DNA of 64,000 bases. Source: Tubulanus polymorphus (lineage: Eukaryota > Animalia > Nemertea). The stretch lies in NCBI RefSeq assembly GCF_964204645.1, contig NC_134030.1, forward strand, positions 12,731,947-12,795,946, given 5' to 3'. The notes beneath the pieces are model-generated. The model made no database searches, had not been told where the DNA came from, and saw only the letters and a program-made list of their open reading frames with translations. Of the stretch, positions 9,633-20,537 are shown piece after piece. Both the position numbers and the translations under genes were made by a program. How positions within the stretch are numbered: the first letter of the stretch is position 1; every line of letters begins with the position of its first letter.

Positions 9633-11203
9633 TTATTTTTTGATATTTTTTGATATCATATTTACTAAACCAAAAATAATAGCACTTACAACTGTAATTA
9701 AAAATAAAATAATATGTTCAGCAGCAAAGTTAAGAATATTACCTGCAGATTTTAAAACAAAACCAACAATTGATGCAATAACTCCTGGTAAAGCTGCAGC
9801 AGATTTCTTTGATAGTTCCCATAAATATTTTGCTAATTTCTTTAAACCATCTTTAACTTTATCTTGTATAGAATTATTTCCTGGAGGTTTATCTGGTTTA
9901 TTTGGAGTAGGAGTAGATTTTAAAGCATTTGATATAGCTAAACCAATTGTTGTAAATAACATAGTTACAGCTGTTAGAATTGAAAGAATTGTTATTCCTT
10001 CAAACTTAAATAATAATTTTATTCTATCTTTTAATGATATGTCAGAATTTGGTTTTAGTATTAACTCTTTAACAACAACTTTTAATCTATTGATACAATA
10101 ATCATATGATTTTAATAATAATTTCATTTTTTCTTTCTGAAATTCTATGTTTTATTTTAAATCATCAATTTCTTTTTCTAAATATGCATTTCTTTTTTTA
10201 AATTCAATTTCTTCAATAACTTTAAATTCTCTATCTAATTTTAATTGTTCTAATTCTTTTCTGGTGTCAAATAATTTATTTTCTAAAGGTTTAATTTTAT
10301 TATATCTAATATGTTTTTCGCGCGCAATTTTATCGGCTTCATTTCGTATACTTATTATTTCTCTAATTGTTTTTTTAGAAAACATATTTAAAGCTTCTAT
10401 TTCTTGATCTGTTGCATCAAGTAATCCATTCGGTAAAAATTTTCAGTTTGAACTTCGTTTGATTGAAGTTTACTAGTTTTGGAAGTTTTATTCAGTAAGT
10501 TATCTAAACGTTTTTCTAATTGTGATTGACTTAAATCATTATCAATTTGTTGAGTGTCTCTTCTCGATGTTTCGGGTGTTGAAGATCTTAATTTATCTCT
10601 ATTCTCTTCCATTTCTGTTTCTAAATTATTATCGATTGTTTCAAATAATTCATTGATTCTTTGTTTAAATACTCTTTCATTTTTAATAATTTCTTCTTGT
10701 GTTACATCTTCTATTTCATTACTATTTCTTATTCTTTTAATTCTAGATAGTAATGAGTCAGACTTAAGCAAAGTTGATTCTGCTAATATTTTGTTTTGTT
10801 TTTTATAAGAGATATCAGTATAATAATCATCTTTCAAACGATAATAATATTCACCATCTAAAGATTTTAATTCTTTTACTAAAAGTCTGGCACCTCTATC
10901 ATTTATATTATATCCAGAATTTTCAAATACATGTTTGAAATTATAAATATATTCATTATATTCTAAATTTTGCTTTAATAAACCTTGATTTTCATTTTCA
11001 GGATTTATTCTCGATCTAGTTCTTCTATCAAATTCATCTGTTGATGGGGCTTTAGAACCACTATCTGCTAAATTAGAATTATATGCTGATTCATCATTAT
11101 TATCAACATTAGTTTCTGCATCATTATAATCATCATCAATATATCCTTCATTATTATTTCCCATTTCTCCCATTTCATAATCTTCTCCACCTTCTACATC
11201 CAT
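9633..11203 (-). pseudogene. About 523-aa acidic/coiled-coil protein with C-terminal membrane helices, split into 3 ORFs (10397-11203, 10152-10385, 9633-10127)
   Basis: -1 shift near 10440 and in-frame TAA at 10152-10154; the homologous codon is TAT in the second copy (about 52015). Confidence 0.8.
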
Positions 11204-11219
11204 TTACATAATAAAAAAA

Positions 11220-12521
11220 TTAAAATTTAAAATATAATATTCCTCCGATTACAATTCCTATACAAGTTATAGCTAATTTAGTATTTTCATGGGATTTATT
11301 ATCATCATTTAGTTTAATTATATCATGTTGAATTTTATCAGTTCTATTATTTTCTGATGTATTGTAATCTTTTATTTTGGAATCATTAACCAATTTAATA
11401 TTCTTAGTTTTAGTTTCTGTTGATTGAATATGTTTTTTATTTTTTTCACCTTCCATTAATTTTGGAGCAGTAATAATCTTTTTATTTATATCATTTAACC
11501 CAAATGAATTATTTATTGTTGCAGTTTTAATTAGATTATTATAACCAATTATGTTTCCCATCTTTAATACTAAATCATTAGAAATAATTAATAGATTAGG
11601 GCCTATACAATAATTTAGTCTTACATGAGATTTATCTAAATAATTTTGATATCTTATAATGTTTTCTGGAATCGATCTATTTTTATCATTATGAATTGAA
11701 TCTTCAAATAAAACTTTAAACTGTTTCTGCGCATCGAATGAAGTGTTATCATTTCCAATTATCGGTGATCTTGTTTCAACTTGAGCGCCTAAAATACATA
11801 TCAAATAAATTCTAATAGATTGATTTATTCTTTGTATACCTGATTTTGTAAAACCTTCACCATTTTCTAAAATGAAATTAACCCAACCATTATTATTATC
11901 AATTTTATAATTATGATAAGCTGAAATTCTATGCATATAATCAATTCTTTTTATTTCAAACTCTTCACCAACACCTTGCAATTTACCATGCGCTCTAAAA
12001 TCGGAATTAATATTTATATTAAATTCATTACATATTTTATAAAACTTGGATATATTAATATTATTATCCAATTCTTTAAAATATTTAGACCCGGGTAAAG
12101 GACATTCTAATTCATTTAATATTATTCTGATTTGAAAATATGTGTGAAATCTAAATATTGTGTGAATTAATTTTAAATCAGAATACTTTAAATTTTTATC
12201 TAAGTTATTTAAATGATCATTCCAACTTATTCCACATCCTGTTGTTGCACAATAAACAGCAAAATTTAATTGATTCTGCCAATATTTCATATTAGATTTT
12301 ACTTTATATATATGATATTCATCTCGAGTAAAAGTAACTTCATATGTATTAAATATATTTTCCATTTTAGAAATAAAAAACTGTGATTCATTAACATAAA
12401 TTTCTAAATTAGTTAATGAATTTAAAACTATATTTTTATATGTAATATTTTTCTTAAAATCTATTGCTGGAATATTATATTTAATTGATTTATTATATTG
12501 GAAAGCTTTTGGAAACCCCAT
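11220..12521 (-). CDS. Conserved Polinton hypothetical protein with C-terminal TM anchor
   Basis: 433 aa; WQNQLNFAVYCATTGCGIS, FRFHTYFQIR; TM LAITCIGIVIGGILYF; homolog at 50735-51606. Confidence 0.8.
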   Translation of the reverse strand: MGFPKAFQYNKSIKYNIPAIDFKKNITYKNIVLNSLTNLEIYVNESQFFISKMENIFNTYEVTFTRDEYHIYKVKSNMKYWQNQLNFAVYCATTGCGISWNDHLNNLDKNLKYSDLKLIHTIFRFHTYFQIRIILNELECPLPGSKYFKELDNNINISKFYKICNEFNININSDFRAHGKLQGVGEEFEIKRIDYMHRISAYHNYKIDNNNGWVNFILENGEGFTKSGIQRINQSIRIYLICILGAQVETRSPIIGNDNTSFDAQKQFKVLFEDSIHNDKNRSIPENIIRYQNYLDKSHVRLNYCIGPNLLIISNDLVLKMGNIIGYNNLIKTATINNSFGLNDINKKIITAPKLMEGEKNKKHIQSTETKTKNIKLVNDSKIKDYNTSENNRTDKIQHDIIKLNDDNKSHENTKLAITCIGIVIGGILYFKF

Positions 12522-12537
12522 TTATATAACTAAAAAA

Positions 12538-12972
12538 TTAATAATTTATTAATTCTTTTAATAATTTATCTTGTTCTTCAACTGTTATATGACCATTTAA
12601 ACTTATTATATAATCTAGTGTGTTCTTTAATTTATTTATTTCTTTTATATTAGATTTTATTTTTTCTTTATTACTTTTTATATTTAATTTTGAACTTATA
12701 CCAGTTAAAACACTTGAACTTAATCCTAATACACCAATTGATATAGCTAAAGGTGTTAATGGACTGAATATTGCTAGAAATGTTATTACAGAACTAATTG
12801 TAACCGAACCACTTATAATCAAATAATATATAATTTTACTTTTTAAATATTTTTTCTTTTTTATCTTTAAGTCACTTTCAAATTCTAATATTTGTTTTTC
12901 TAAATATGTTTTTAATTTAGTTTTATTTATATCATGAGGAATAATATCAATACTATCAACTTTATCTTCCAT
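12538..12972 (-). CDS. Two-TM membrane protein with coiled coil
   Basis: Hydrophobic hairpin at about residues 48-92; homolog at 48751-49162. Confidence 0.8.
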   Translation of the reverse strand: MEDKVDSIDIIPHDINKTKLKTYLEKQILEFESDLKIKKKKYLKSKIIYYLIISGSVTISSVITFLAIFSPLTPLAISIGVLGLSSSVLTGISSKLNIKSNKEKIKSNIKEINKLKNTLDYIISLNGHITVEEQDKLLKELINY

Positions 12973-12992
12973 TTATTTAGCAAAAAAAATTA

Positions 12993-13415
12993 CTAATTAG
13001 TAAACTTATAAGCAACAAATATAACAATAACTGTTCCACCTAAAATCCAAATTATTTCATATTTCTGTTGTTCTTTACTTGGGGTATAATAATCTGATAA
13101 TTTGGGTTTGTATAGATGTAATTTTTCTTTATTAGTTACTGCGTTATATAAACTCATTGCATCATCAACTGATTGAAAATCTCTATGTGAAATCTTCTGA
13201 TCATATAATTCCTTGTTAATATAATCCATATAGTTTTGTCTCTTTTCTCTATATTCTTCTGCAGCTTTATTGTATTTCTCTAACGCTAAGTTATGTCTTC
13301 TTTGTTCTCCTAATGAACTATTTTTATCAATATGTTTAAATAAATAACCGCCACCAGTAAATGCTAAAGCGTTAACAATTGCTGATCCTATAATAGTTAT
13401 AATTGCAGAAGCCAT
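12993..13415 (-). CDS. Small virion/membrane protein (hydrophobic N- and C-termini)
   Basis: MASAIITIIGSAIVNALAFTGGGYLF...RHNLALE; homolog starting at 48314. Confidence 0.8.
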   Translation of the reverse strand: MASAIITIIGSAIVNALAFTGGGYLFKHIDKNSSLGEQRRHNLALEKYNKAAEEYREKRQNYMDYINKELYDQKISHRDFQSVDDAMSLYNAVTNKEKLHLYKPKLSDYYTPSKEQQKYEIIWILGGTVIVIFVAYKFTN

Positions 13416-13440
13416 TTATTTAGCAAAAAAAATTATGTAT

Positions 13441-13662
13441 TTATATGGGAGGAATATATTTTTGTTTTTCCAAATAATCAATAGTTAAATTAGATAAAGT
13501 AACTGCTAACGTTAACTTTAAAATATCATTTATATCAAATCTATCAACATTAACACTTCCCATTTTGAATACTTTTTTTAATACCATTGAATAACCAACA
13601 GTTCCAACTGATAGTAATGCGCCATTATATAATCCAGTTATTATCCACTTATTATCACTCAT
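13441..13662 (-). CDS. Small hydrophobic Polinton protein (73 aa)
   Basis: Intact homolog at 48076-48297. Confidence 0.8.
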   Translation of the reverse strand: MSDNKWIITGLYNGALLSVGTVGYSMVLKKVFKMGSVNVDRFDINDILKLTLAVTLSNLTIDYLEKQKYIPPI

Positions 13663-14004
13663 TTATTTATCAAAAAAATTACTATCTTCAAAATATTTAG
13701 TTAACTTATTTATGATTATTTCAACATTTATTTCATTACTAGTTTTATGATTATCATATATTTTGGATAATATGTTTTTAATATCATCAATAATTCCATC
13801 TTCATTTAATTCATAATATTCTAAAGGTGATTTAATTAAATCAATTACTTTTTCTATATTATACTTTTCTTTATCAATCATTGATGCATTGTTAAATGAT
13901 TTACTTTTTATATCAGTAATTACATCATTTAGTTTAATTCTCATTTCTTTACCATGTTTAAAATCAAACCCAAAACATATACTCGGTCCAACAGTTATAT
14001 TCAT
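13663..14004 (-). CDS. Hypothetical Polinton protein (113 aa)
   Basis: Intact homolog at 47722-48075 sharing ITVGPSICFGFDFK. Confidence 0.8.
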   Translation of the reverse strand: MNITVGPSICFGFDFKHGKEMRIKLNDVITDIKSKSFNNASMIDKEKYNIEKVIDLIKSPLEYYELNEDGIIDDIKNILSKIYDNHKTSNEINVEIIINKLTKYFEDSNFFDK

Positions 14005-14020
14005 TTATATAATGAAAAAG

Positions 14021-14779
14021 TTACTCTCTACATCTTATAACTAATTCATAAATTACAGGGAAATTATTTAAATCAATTAAGTATCCATTATGATTTCTAA
14101 TTTCTAATCTAAAATTATTAAAACGAGGAATGCATGGTTTGAAATCACATTCTGTTAAATTATAATTTATTTGCGTTCCAAATTCTTTAACATTCTTCAA
14201 TGGTAAAATGTTTAGTAAACCAGAATTACAAGTTATATCTTTAGTTGCTTCGAATGTTTTTGTAGGATCGATTAAATTGCAATAAATATAAAAATGTGTA
14301 AAAGGCATTATATTTGGTGTAGCATCAGCATTGCGTATCCTTATATCTGGGGTTATTCCTAAAATTTTAGCTAAGGGTTTTTTAACTAGAAATTGATGTT
14401 GATCTTCATTACCTAATTTTATTCTTATTTTATCAGAACTATCACTTTTAATCAGTCTTAATCCAAATCCAGCAGATGCGCCCATTTTCAACCGAGCTCT
14501 TCTATTAATTTCTTGAGCTAATGTTTCTAAATTATATAATCCTGGTTTAAGATAAAGATGAAACCATTTACTTTTATTTCTATCATGAATTAAAAAGACT
14601 CTATGTTCAATAGACTTATCCGATACATTGTAAAAAGAATTACATAAACTTATATTTACTAATTTTAAATCTACACAATTTTTGAATTCTCTGTCTAATT
14701 GTACTAATAAATTATGTGATTTATAATTTGTAAGTCTTCTAGAATCAACAAATATTCTGTATTCTTTTAATTCCGCCAT
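14021..14779 (-). CDS. Minor capsid (penton) protein, single jelly-roll
   Basis: IFVDSR, NSFYNVS, LKPGLYN, LAKILG, YIYCNLI, LLNILP, RLEIRN.NG.LIDLNN motifs. Confidence 0.85.
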   Translation of the reverse strand: MAELKEYRIFVDSRRLTNYKSHNLLVQLDREFKNCVDLKLVNISLCNSFYNVSDKSIEHRVFLIHDRNKSKWFHLYLKPGLYNLETLAQEINRRARLKMGASAGFGLRLIKSDSSDKIRIKLGNEDQHQFLVKKPLAKILGITPDIRIRNADATPNIMPFTHFYIYCNLIDPTKTFEATKDITCNSGLLNILPLKNVKEFGTQINYNLTECDFKPCIPRFNNFRLEIRNHNGYLIDLNNFPVIYELVIRCRE

Positions 14780-14794
14780 TTATTTTACATATTT

Positions 14795-15136
14795 TCATTC
14801 GAAATCTATTTCATGGTGCCCTTTTTCATTCTTACCTTTGTATACGAAATAGAAATCACCAGAACATAATTCTTCTAGATCTTCACTTGATAATCTATGA
14901 AATCTATCTGGTAAATAAGTTCTGAATTTATATTTATTTCCTTTTAATCCTTCATATTCTAAATGAATTACTAATTTATCTCCATATTTGTTAGTAACTG
15001 TAACAATATTTGTAATTAAATATTTCTTGTGAATTGTTAATTCTGTTAACTTTTTGAATTTATAATCTACAGATTTTACATTTGTGGTATCTTTAATTCT
15101 ATCTAAGAATTCACTGTGTACTTGTTTACTCTCCAT
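14795..15136 (-). CDS. Small beta-rich protein next to pPolB, possibly an OB-fold ssDNA-binding protein
   Basis: FKKLTEL...Y.IT....TNKYG..LV..L....RTYLPDRF; homolog at 46603-46944; the function is inferred. Confidence 0.6.
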   Translation of the reverse strand: MESKQVHSEFLDRIKDTTNVKSVDYKFKKLTELTIHKKYLITNIVTVTNKYGDKLVIHLEYEGLKGNKYKFRTYLPDRFHRLSSEDLEELCSGDFYFVYKGKNEKGHHEIDFE

Positions 15137-15156
15137 TTATTATACAAATTTTTATT
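15134..15156 (-). promoter_or_regulatory. A-tract + spacer + TAAATG start motif (example of the intermediate-promoter-like class)
   Basis: AATAAAAA-TTTGTATAA-TAAATG; similar before 8328, 3541 and pPolB (TAAAATG). Confidence 0.55.
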
Positions 15157-15164
15157 GAAATTTA

Positions 15165-18100
15165 TTAACACGTTAGAATCCTTTTCATAATCTCATTTTC
15201 TTTTGTTTCTTCTCTTTTGAATTTTATATATTCATCTAAATTGCAACCATAGGCGACTGTGTGGATTCCATCATCTAAAATATATCTTTTATCATCAAAT
15301 GGGTTGAGACTTATCTTCTCTATCTCTTCAATATACATTTCATGATCTTCAGATCTTAAACATTTCATTTTATGTTTTCTAACTTCTTCATTAAATATAC
15401 AATTGATGTAATCTTTAAAATGAATATTCTTTTCTACTACACTTTTGGTTATTCCTTTTAACTTTTTAGCTTCATGTTCTTTAGTTTTATAACTATACAT
15501 TTTAGATCTAATACCTATGAACTCTATCATTTCTTCACCACCTAATTCATCCTTAAACTTCCCGGGAACTTTTTTATTATCATTGCTAAACAATTCATGA
15601 TCTTTAGGATAGTTACTGAAATCAAAATGATGATTTAATATTTTTAAATCATCTTTTATATTATCACTTTTTATCTTTAATATGTAAGAATCTGTATCAA
15701 AGTATAGAATTTCTATATGTTTTTCCCCAAAATGGGGTTGCAATACATTATAATAAAATTGATACATCAATAGCTTTGAAATTTCTAAAACTGCAGCTCC
15801 AACATAAATTGGTTTATTGAACTTCATAGAAGTTCTCTTCATTTTAACTGCAGCTAAATTTTCATCGAATATTCTGTTGCCTATGAATTTCGGATACGAT
15901 TGTAAATGCCTTATCCTTTTACCATTACTGACTAACTCAATGTCGTTTCTATTACGAATATTCTCACATGTTTTTCCATAGAACGCATTATTCATCAGTT
16001 TAAAGTAATCCTTCTCAAAATCAGTTTTAGCTTCAGTTCTCTGTGTAGTATTAAAATCTATATATTTTTCTAACCACTTAGATTGATTAAATGAAATATA
16101 TCTATGTACTTTTTTTAATATCATTCCTTGATTCAAATAAAACTTCAACATTCTATAATGTACTACATAATTATATTTATCTTCTTGAGTTACCATTAAC
16201 TTTTCTGTATGAATATGATTTTCAGGTTTAATTCTTTTTTGATAATTTGATAATTCTTCATGTTTAACAATTTTATGTTCGGGACAATATGCTAGATTTC
16301 TAGATTTGAATTTAATATTTTCAGGGTATTCTAAATCTACAACAAAGAAGTAACCAGTATCTGAATCATCTGCAATATCTAGGATTCTTTTCTTCCAATC
16401 AAATTTATCAATTTGTAAAACTTCAGTTATTTCAAACATCCCATAAGGTTGTGGTTCCATCATTGCCCAACCATAAAGATTATTTGCATCTATGTATAAT
16501 AATTTATATCCAGGATTATCATTTACATTGAAATATCTATCACCCAATACACCTGAAACTCCTCCTCTTATAGATTTTTCAAATAATAGTAATTGATCTA
16601 TATTTGTTAACAAATCCATTTTTATATCTGTAAATTTTAAACCACAATCCCATGTTAATCCTGGACTAGAATAACAATGACAAGGATCAATATTGAAATA
16701 TTTTAGGTTTACATCTCTAAACCTTTCGAATATATCGGTTAATAATAATACATCTGATTTTAAATATAAATCTACTAATTGTCCATGATTTTCTATTTTG
16801 AAATGATTCCAAATATTCAATGTTCTATTATAGACTTCATCTTTAACATATTCATTTTTTAATTCATCATAGAATTGTTCTTTCAATAATTCAGTTATTT
16901 TAAAATCATTATGATTTTTATAGAAAGAATATGGAATTGCGCCTTTATATCTCATTAATTTAAAATCATCATAATTTGGGTAATATTCTTTTAATATCTT
17001 TAATTCATCATCAACTAATGATTTTGATAAGTTATCTAATGAACTATTTAAAAATCTATATGAATCTATAAATCTTAGACAACCAAATTGGAATGATATA
17101 TAATTCTCAGATGTTTTAGCTAACATTCTAAATTTATAAGTTGGTATTTTATCTTTTGATTTATTTGAATTTAATATTTCTATTTCATTATTAATTTCTT
17201 CTATTTTATGACATAGCTGTTTGATAAATAAATGTGCATCATATCCTGATAGATTATGAAATATAACTGGTACAAAGTTAATTTTCTTAGCTTGTAAGTT
17301 ACAATTCTCATGTGCAGCGCCTCTAAACTTTCCGTTCAAATGATCATGGTCTCTTACTTTTTTATAGTTTTTCTATCTATAGTTTTTCACAATAATAACA
17401 TTTATCTGCAAACTCAAATACTTCTTTATCTTCTTCTGTCATAATTATTTCTTTATTTGTATTCAATAATTTACTAAATCTTATTTCATATTCAATTAAT
17501 AAGTCACAAAAATGATTAATAACATTTTCATTTCTATACTGATAATATTCACTTTCAATTAGTTCTGGATAATCAGATTTAATATATAACCCGAAAGCTG
17601 CAGCTAATTGATGAATCTTTTTAATAGTATTTGTTTTTGGTGGTTCTTCTGAATAATCACTTTCATTAGAATTTAATTTCTTTCTTTTATAATATATATC
17701 TTTTCTATCTTTATCTGTTAATTCTTTATTTAATGATTCAAAATCTGCATATATTACAAATGGTACTTTATTTTTGTAATCATATTTTTTGAATTCTAAT
17801 ATTTTATCTTTTTCATTTGGTAAAACTAATTTACAATAATCATGATTATCACATAGTTGTTTATGATTTAATAATGTACTTTCATTACTAAATTTATGTA
17901 AACATTTTCTACATAGATATATTTTATGGTGATCATTTTCTGATTTGAAAAATAAATCGATTTGTTTAATCCACATATAATGATTCTCATAATATAGTAT
18001 ATCTATTACATCGTTTGAATCATAATCTTTTGATAGGTATAAAGGTTCTAATGTATAATGTTTAATATTATTTCCTTTTGTATTTGGTAATTTAATTAAA

Positions 18101-19197
18101 TCAAATACATTTATCTTTAAATTATTATCTCTTTCTATTTTGGGGATGTTTTTAATTCTAACAGGATACTTATCTATCTTATAATTATTTTCAAATTGTT
18201 TATAATGAGTTAATCTATAAGTATGTTTATTATAATCTTCAACTGGGTGTAAACAACTTATTATAGCCCATAGAAAACATTTATCATCTTCATTTTGTAT
18301 ATTTATTACAGCATTAGTTTTAAATGGTAGTTTAATATAACTTGATGCTTCAATATCGGGTTCTTTATAATATGATAAATTATTTTCATCAATTGGTTTT
18401 GATTTAGTTAACTTATTATATTTTGTGTTATAAACATGTAAAGTTATAAATATTATCTCATCAAATATTAAACCAGATCCTTCAAAATATTTCTCTTCTA
18501 TTTTAGTTTTTATTTCATTATAACATTTATTTGATTTATCATCTATATGTTGTTTAGATATAATATGTTGTGAATGAGAATTTATATTATATATTGGTTT
18601 ATCTTCAGATTTTATAAACTTTACTTTAACTGATATACTTATTTTAGGGTATTCTACGTTTGTAATTATTTTTATTATTTCTTTCATATTTTCTAAATGT
18701 TTTTTATTTTCTTCTAATGTTTTTCCTTTATGAAATTTAAACTCGATAGCTGCTGGACCAATATCACTTTTAAATGCTTCGGTTATCTCTATATCTTTTT
18801 AATTATCTAATGAATTAATATAATTTCTTACATCTTCCATGTATGGTCTTTTATTGTTTAATTTATTTTTTATTCTTTTAATTGTCTTCGGTTTCTTATC
18901 GTTATCATTATCAAAATAATCTTCACCTAAAATATCATTATTCTTATTTCTAATATGACTTATAGATTTTAAATGTTCTTTATAATATCTTTTATCACTG
19001 AATGATTGATTACATGTATCACATTTGTATGTTTCCTTTTCATTCTTTAATTCTTCTAATTTAGTTTCTAATATATCATCCTTATATTCTAGTTTCAATT
19101 TATTCTCTAAATGTGTTCTAGTTTTATTGTGTCTTGCTTTTTGAGACTTATCTATATCGATATTACATGTTGGGCAGTAGTACTTATTTGCTTCCAT
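15165..19197 (-). pseudogene. Protein-primed family B DNA polymerase (pPolB, about 1340 aa) disrupted by one nonsense codon and one frameshift
   Basis: In-frame TAA at 18799-18801; frameshift near 17350-17390; ExoI YADFES, ExoII HNLSGYD, ExoIII YLKSD, DANNLY, KLMNNAFYGK, YFDTDS; OTU-like DDKCFLWA/HY; EndoVII-like CYYC..DHDH..G..RGAAH..CN. Confidence 0.93.
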
Positions 19198-20537
19198 TTT
19201 ATACTATATTTTTTATTAAAATTGATTTTAGAAGTTCAATGATTTAAATGTTATTCATATATATATGAATATTTTAAGAGTAATAGGGATAATGGGCTTT
19301 CAGGCTAAAGGTTGAACGGGCGGGTGAGTAAAAATGAAAAAATATAAAAATAATTACAATTATTTTCAAATTGTTTATAATGAGTTAATCTATAAGTATG
19401 TTTATTATAATCTTCAACTGGGTGTAAACAACTTATTATAGCCCATAGAAAACATTTATCATCTTCATTTTGTATATTTATTACAGCATTAGTTTTAAAT
19501 GGTAGTTTAATATAACTTGATGCTTCAATATCGGGTTCTTTATAATATGATAAATTATTTTCATCAATTGGTTTTGATTTAGTTAACTTATTATATTTTG
19601 TGTTATAAACATGTAAAGTTATAAATATTATCTCATCAAATATTAAACCAGATCCTTCAAAATATTTCTCTTCTATTTTAGTTTTTATTTCTTTATAACA
19701 TTTATTTGATTTATCATCTATATGTTGTTTAGATATAATATGTTGTGAATGAGAATTTATATTATATATTGGTTTATCTTCAGATTTTATAAACTTTACT
19801 TTAACTGATATACTTATTTTAGGGTATTCTACGTTTGTAATTATTTTTATTATTTCTTTCATATTTTCTAAATGTTTTTTATTTTCTTCTAATGTTTTTC
19901 CTTTATGAAATTTAAACTCGATAGCTGCTGGACCAATATCACTTTTAAATGCTTCGGTTATCTCTATATCTTTTTAATTATCTAATGAATTAATATAATT
20001 TCTTACATCTTCCATGTATGGTCTTTTATTGTTTAATTTATTTTTTATTCTTTTAATTGTCTTCTGTTTCTTATCGTTATCATTATCAAAATAATCTTCA
20101 CCTAAAATATCATTATTCTTATTTCTAATATGACTTATAGATTTTAAATGTTCTTTATAATATCTTTTATCACTGAATGATTGATTACATGTATCACATT
20201 TGTATGTTTCCTTTTCATTCTTTAATTCTTCTAATTTAGTTTCTAATATATCATCCTTATATTCTAGTTTCAATTTATTCTCTAAATGTGTTCTAGTTTT
20301 ATTGTGTCTTGCTTTTTGAGACTTATCTATATCGATATTACATGTTGGGCAGTAGTACTTATTTGCTTCCATTTTAATACTATATTTTTTATTAAAATTG
20401 ATTTTAGAAGTTCAATGATTTAAATGTTATTCATATATATATGAATATTTTAAGAGTAATAGGGATAATGGGCTTTCAGGCTAAAGGTTGAACGGGCGGG
20501 TGAGTAAAAATGAAAAAATATAAAAATAATTACAATT
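18183..20537. repeat. Tandem duplication of about 1175 bp (18183-19361 and 19358-20537) covering the pPolB 5' end, promoter and inner part of the TIR
   Basis: ORF pairs offset by 1175; AATT microhomology at the junction; 3 differences seen between copies. Confidence 0.92.
19358..20372 (-). pseudogene. Duplicated, 3'-truncated pPolB N-terminus
   Basis: ORFs 19974-20372 and 19305-19862 repeat 18799-19197 and the start of 17377-18687. Confidence 0.9.

Noticed and set aside
7399-12826. Plus-strand ORFs antisense to Polinton genes (7399, 7619, 9077, 9640, 10147, 10554, 12620)
   Set aside because: Shadow frames of AT-rich coding strands; no TAAATG starts or motifs
10152-18801. TAA read-through or alternative genetic code (in-frame TAA in two genes)
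   Set aside because: TAA is the normal terminator of most genes here and the second copy has TAT at the 10152 position, so these are ordinary nonsense mutations
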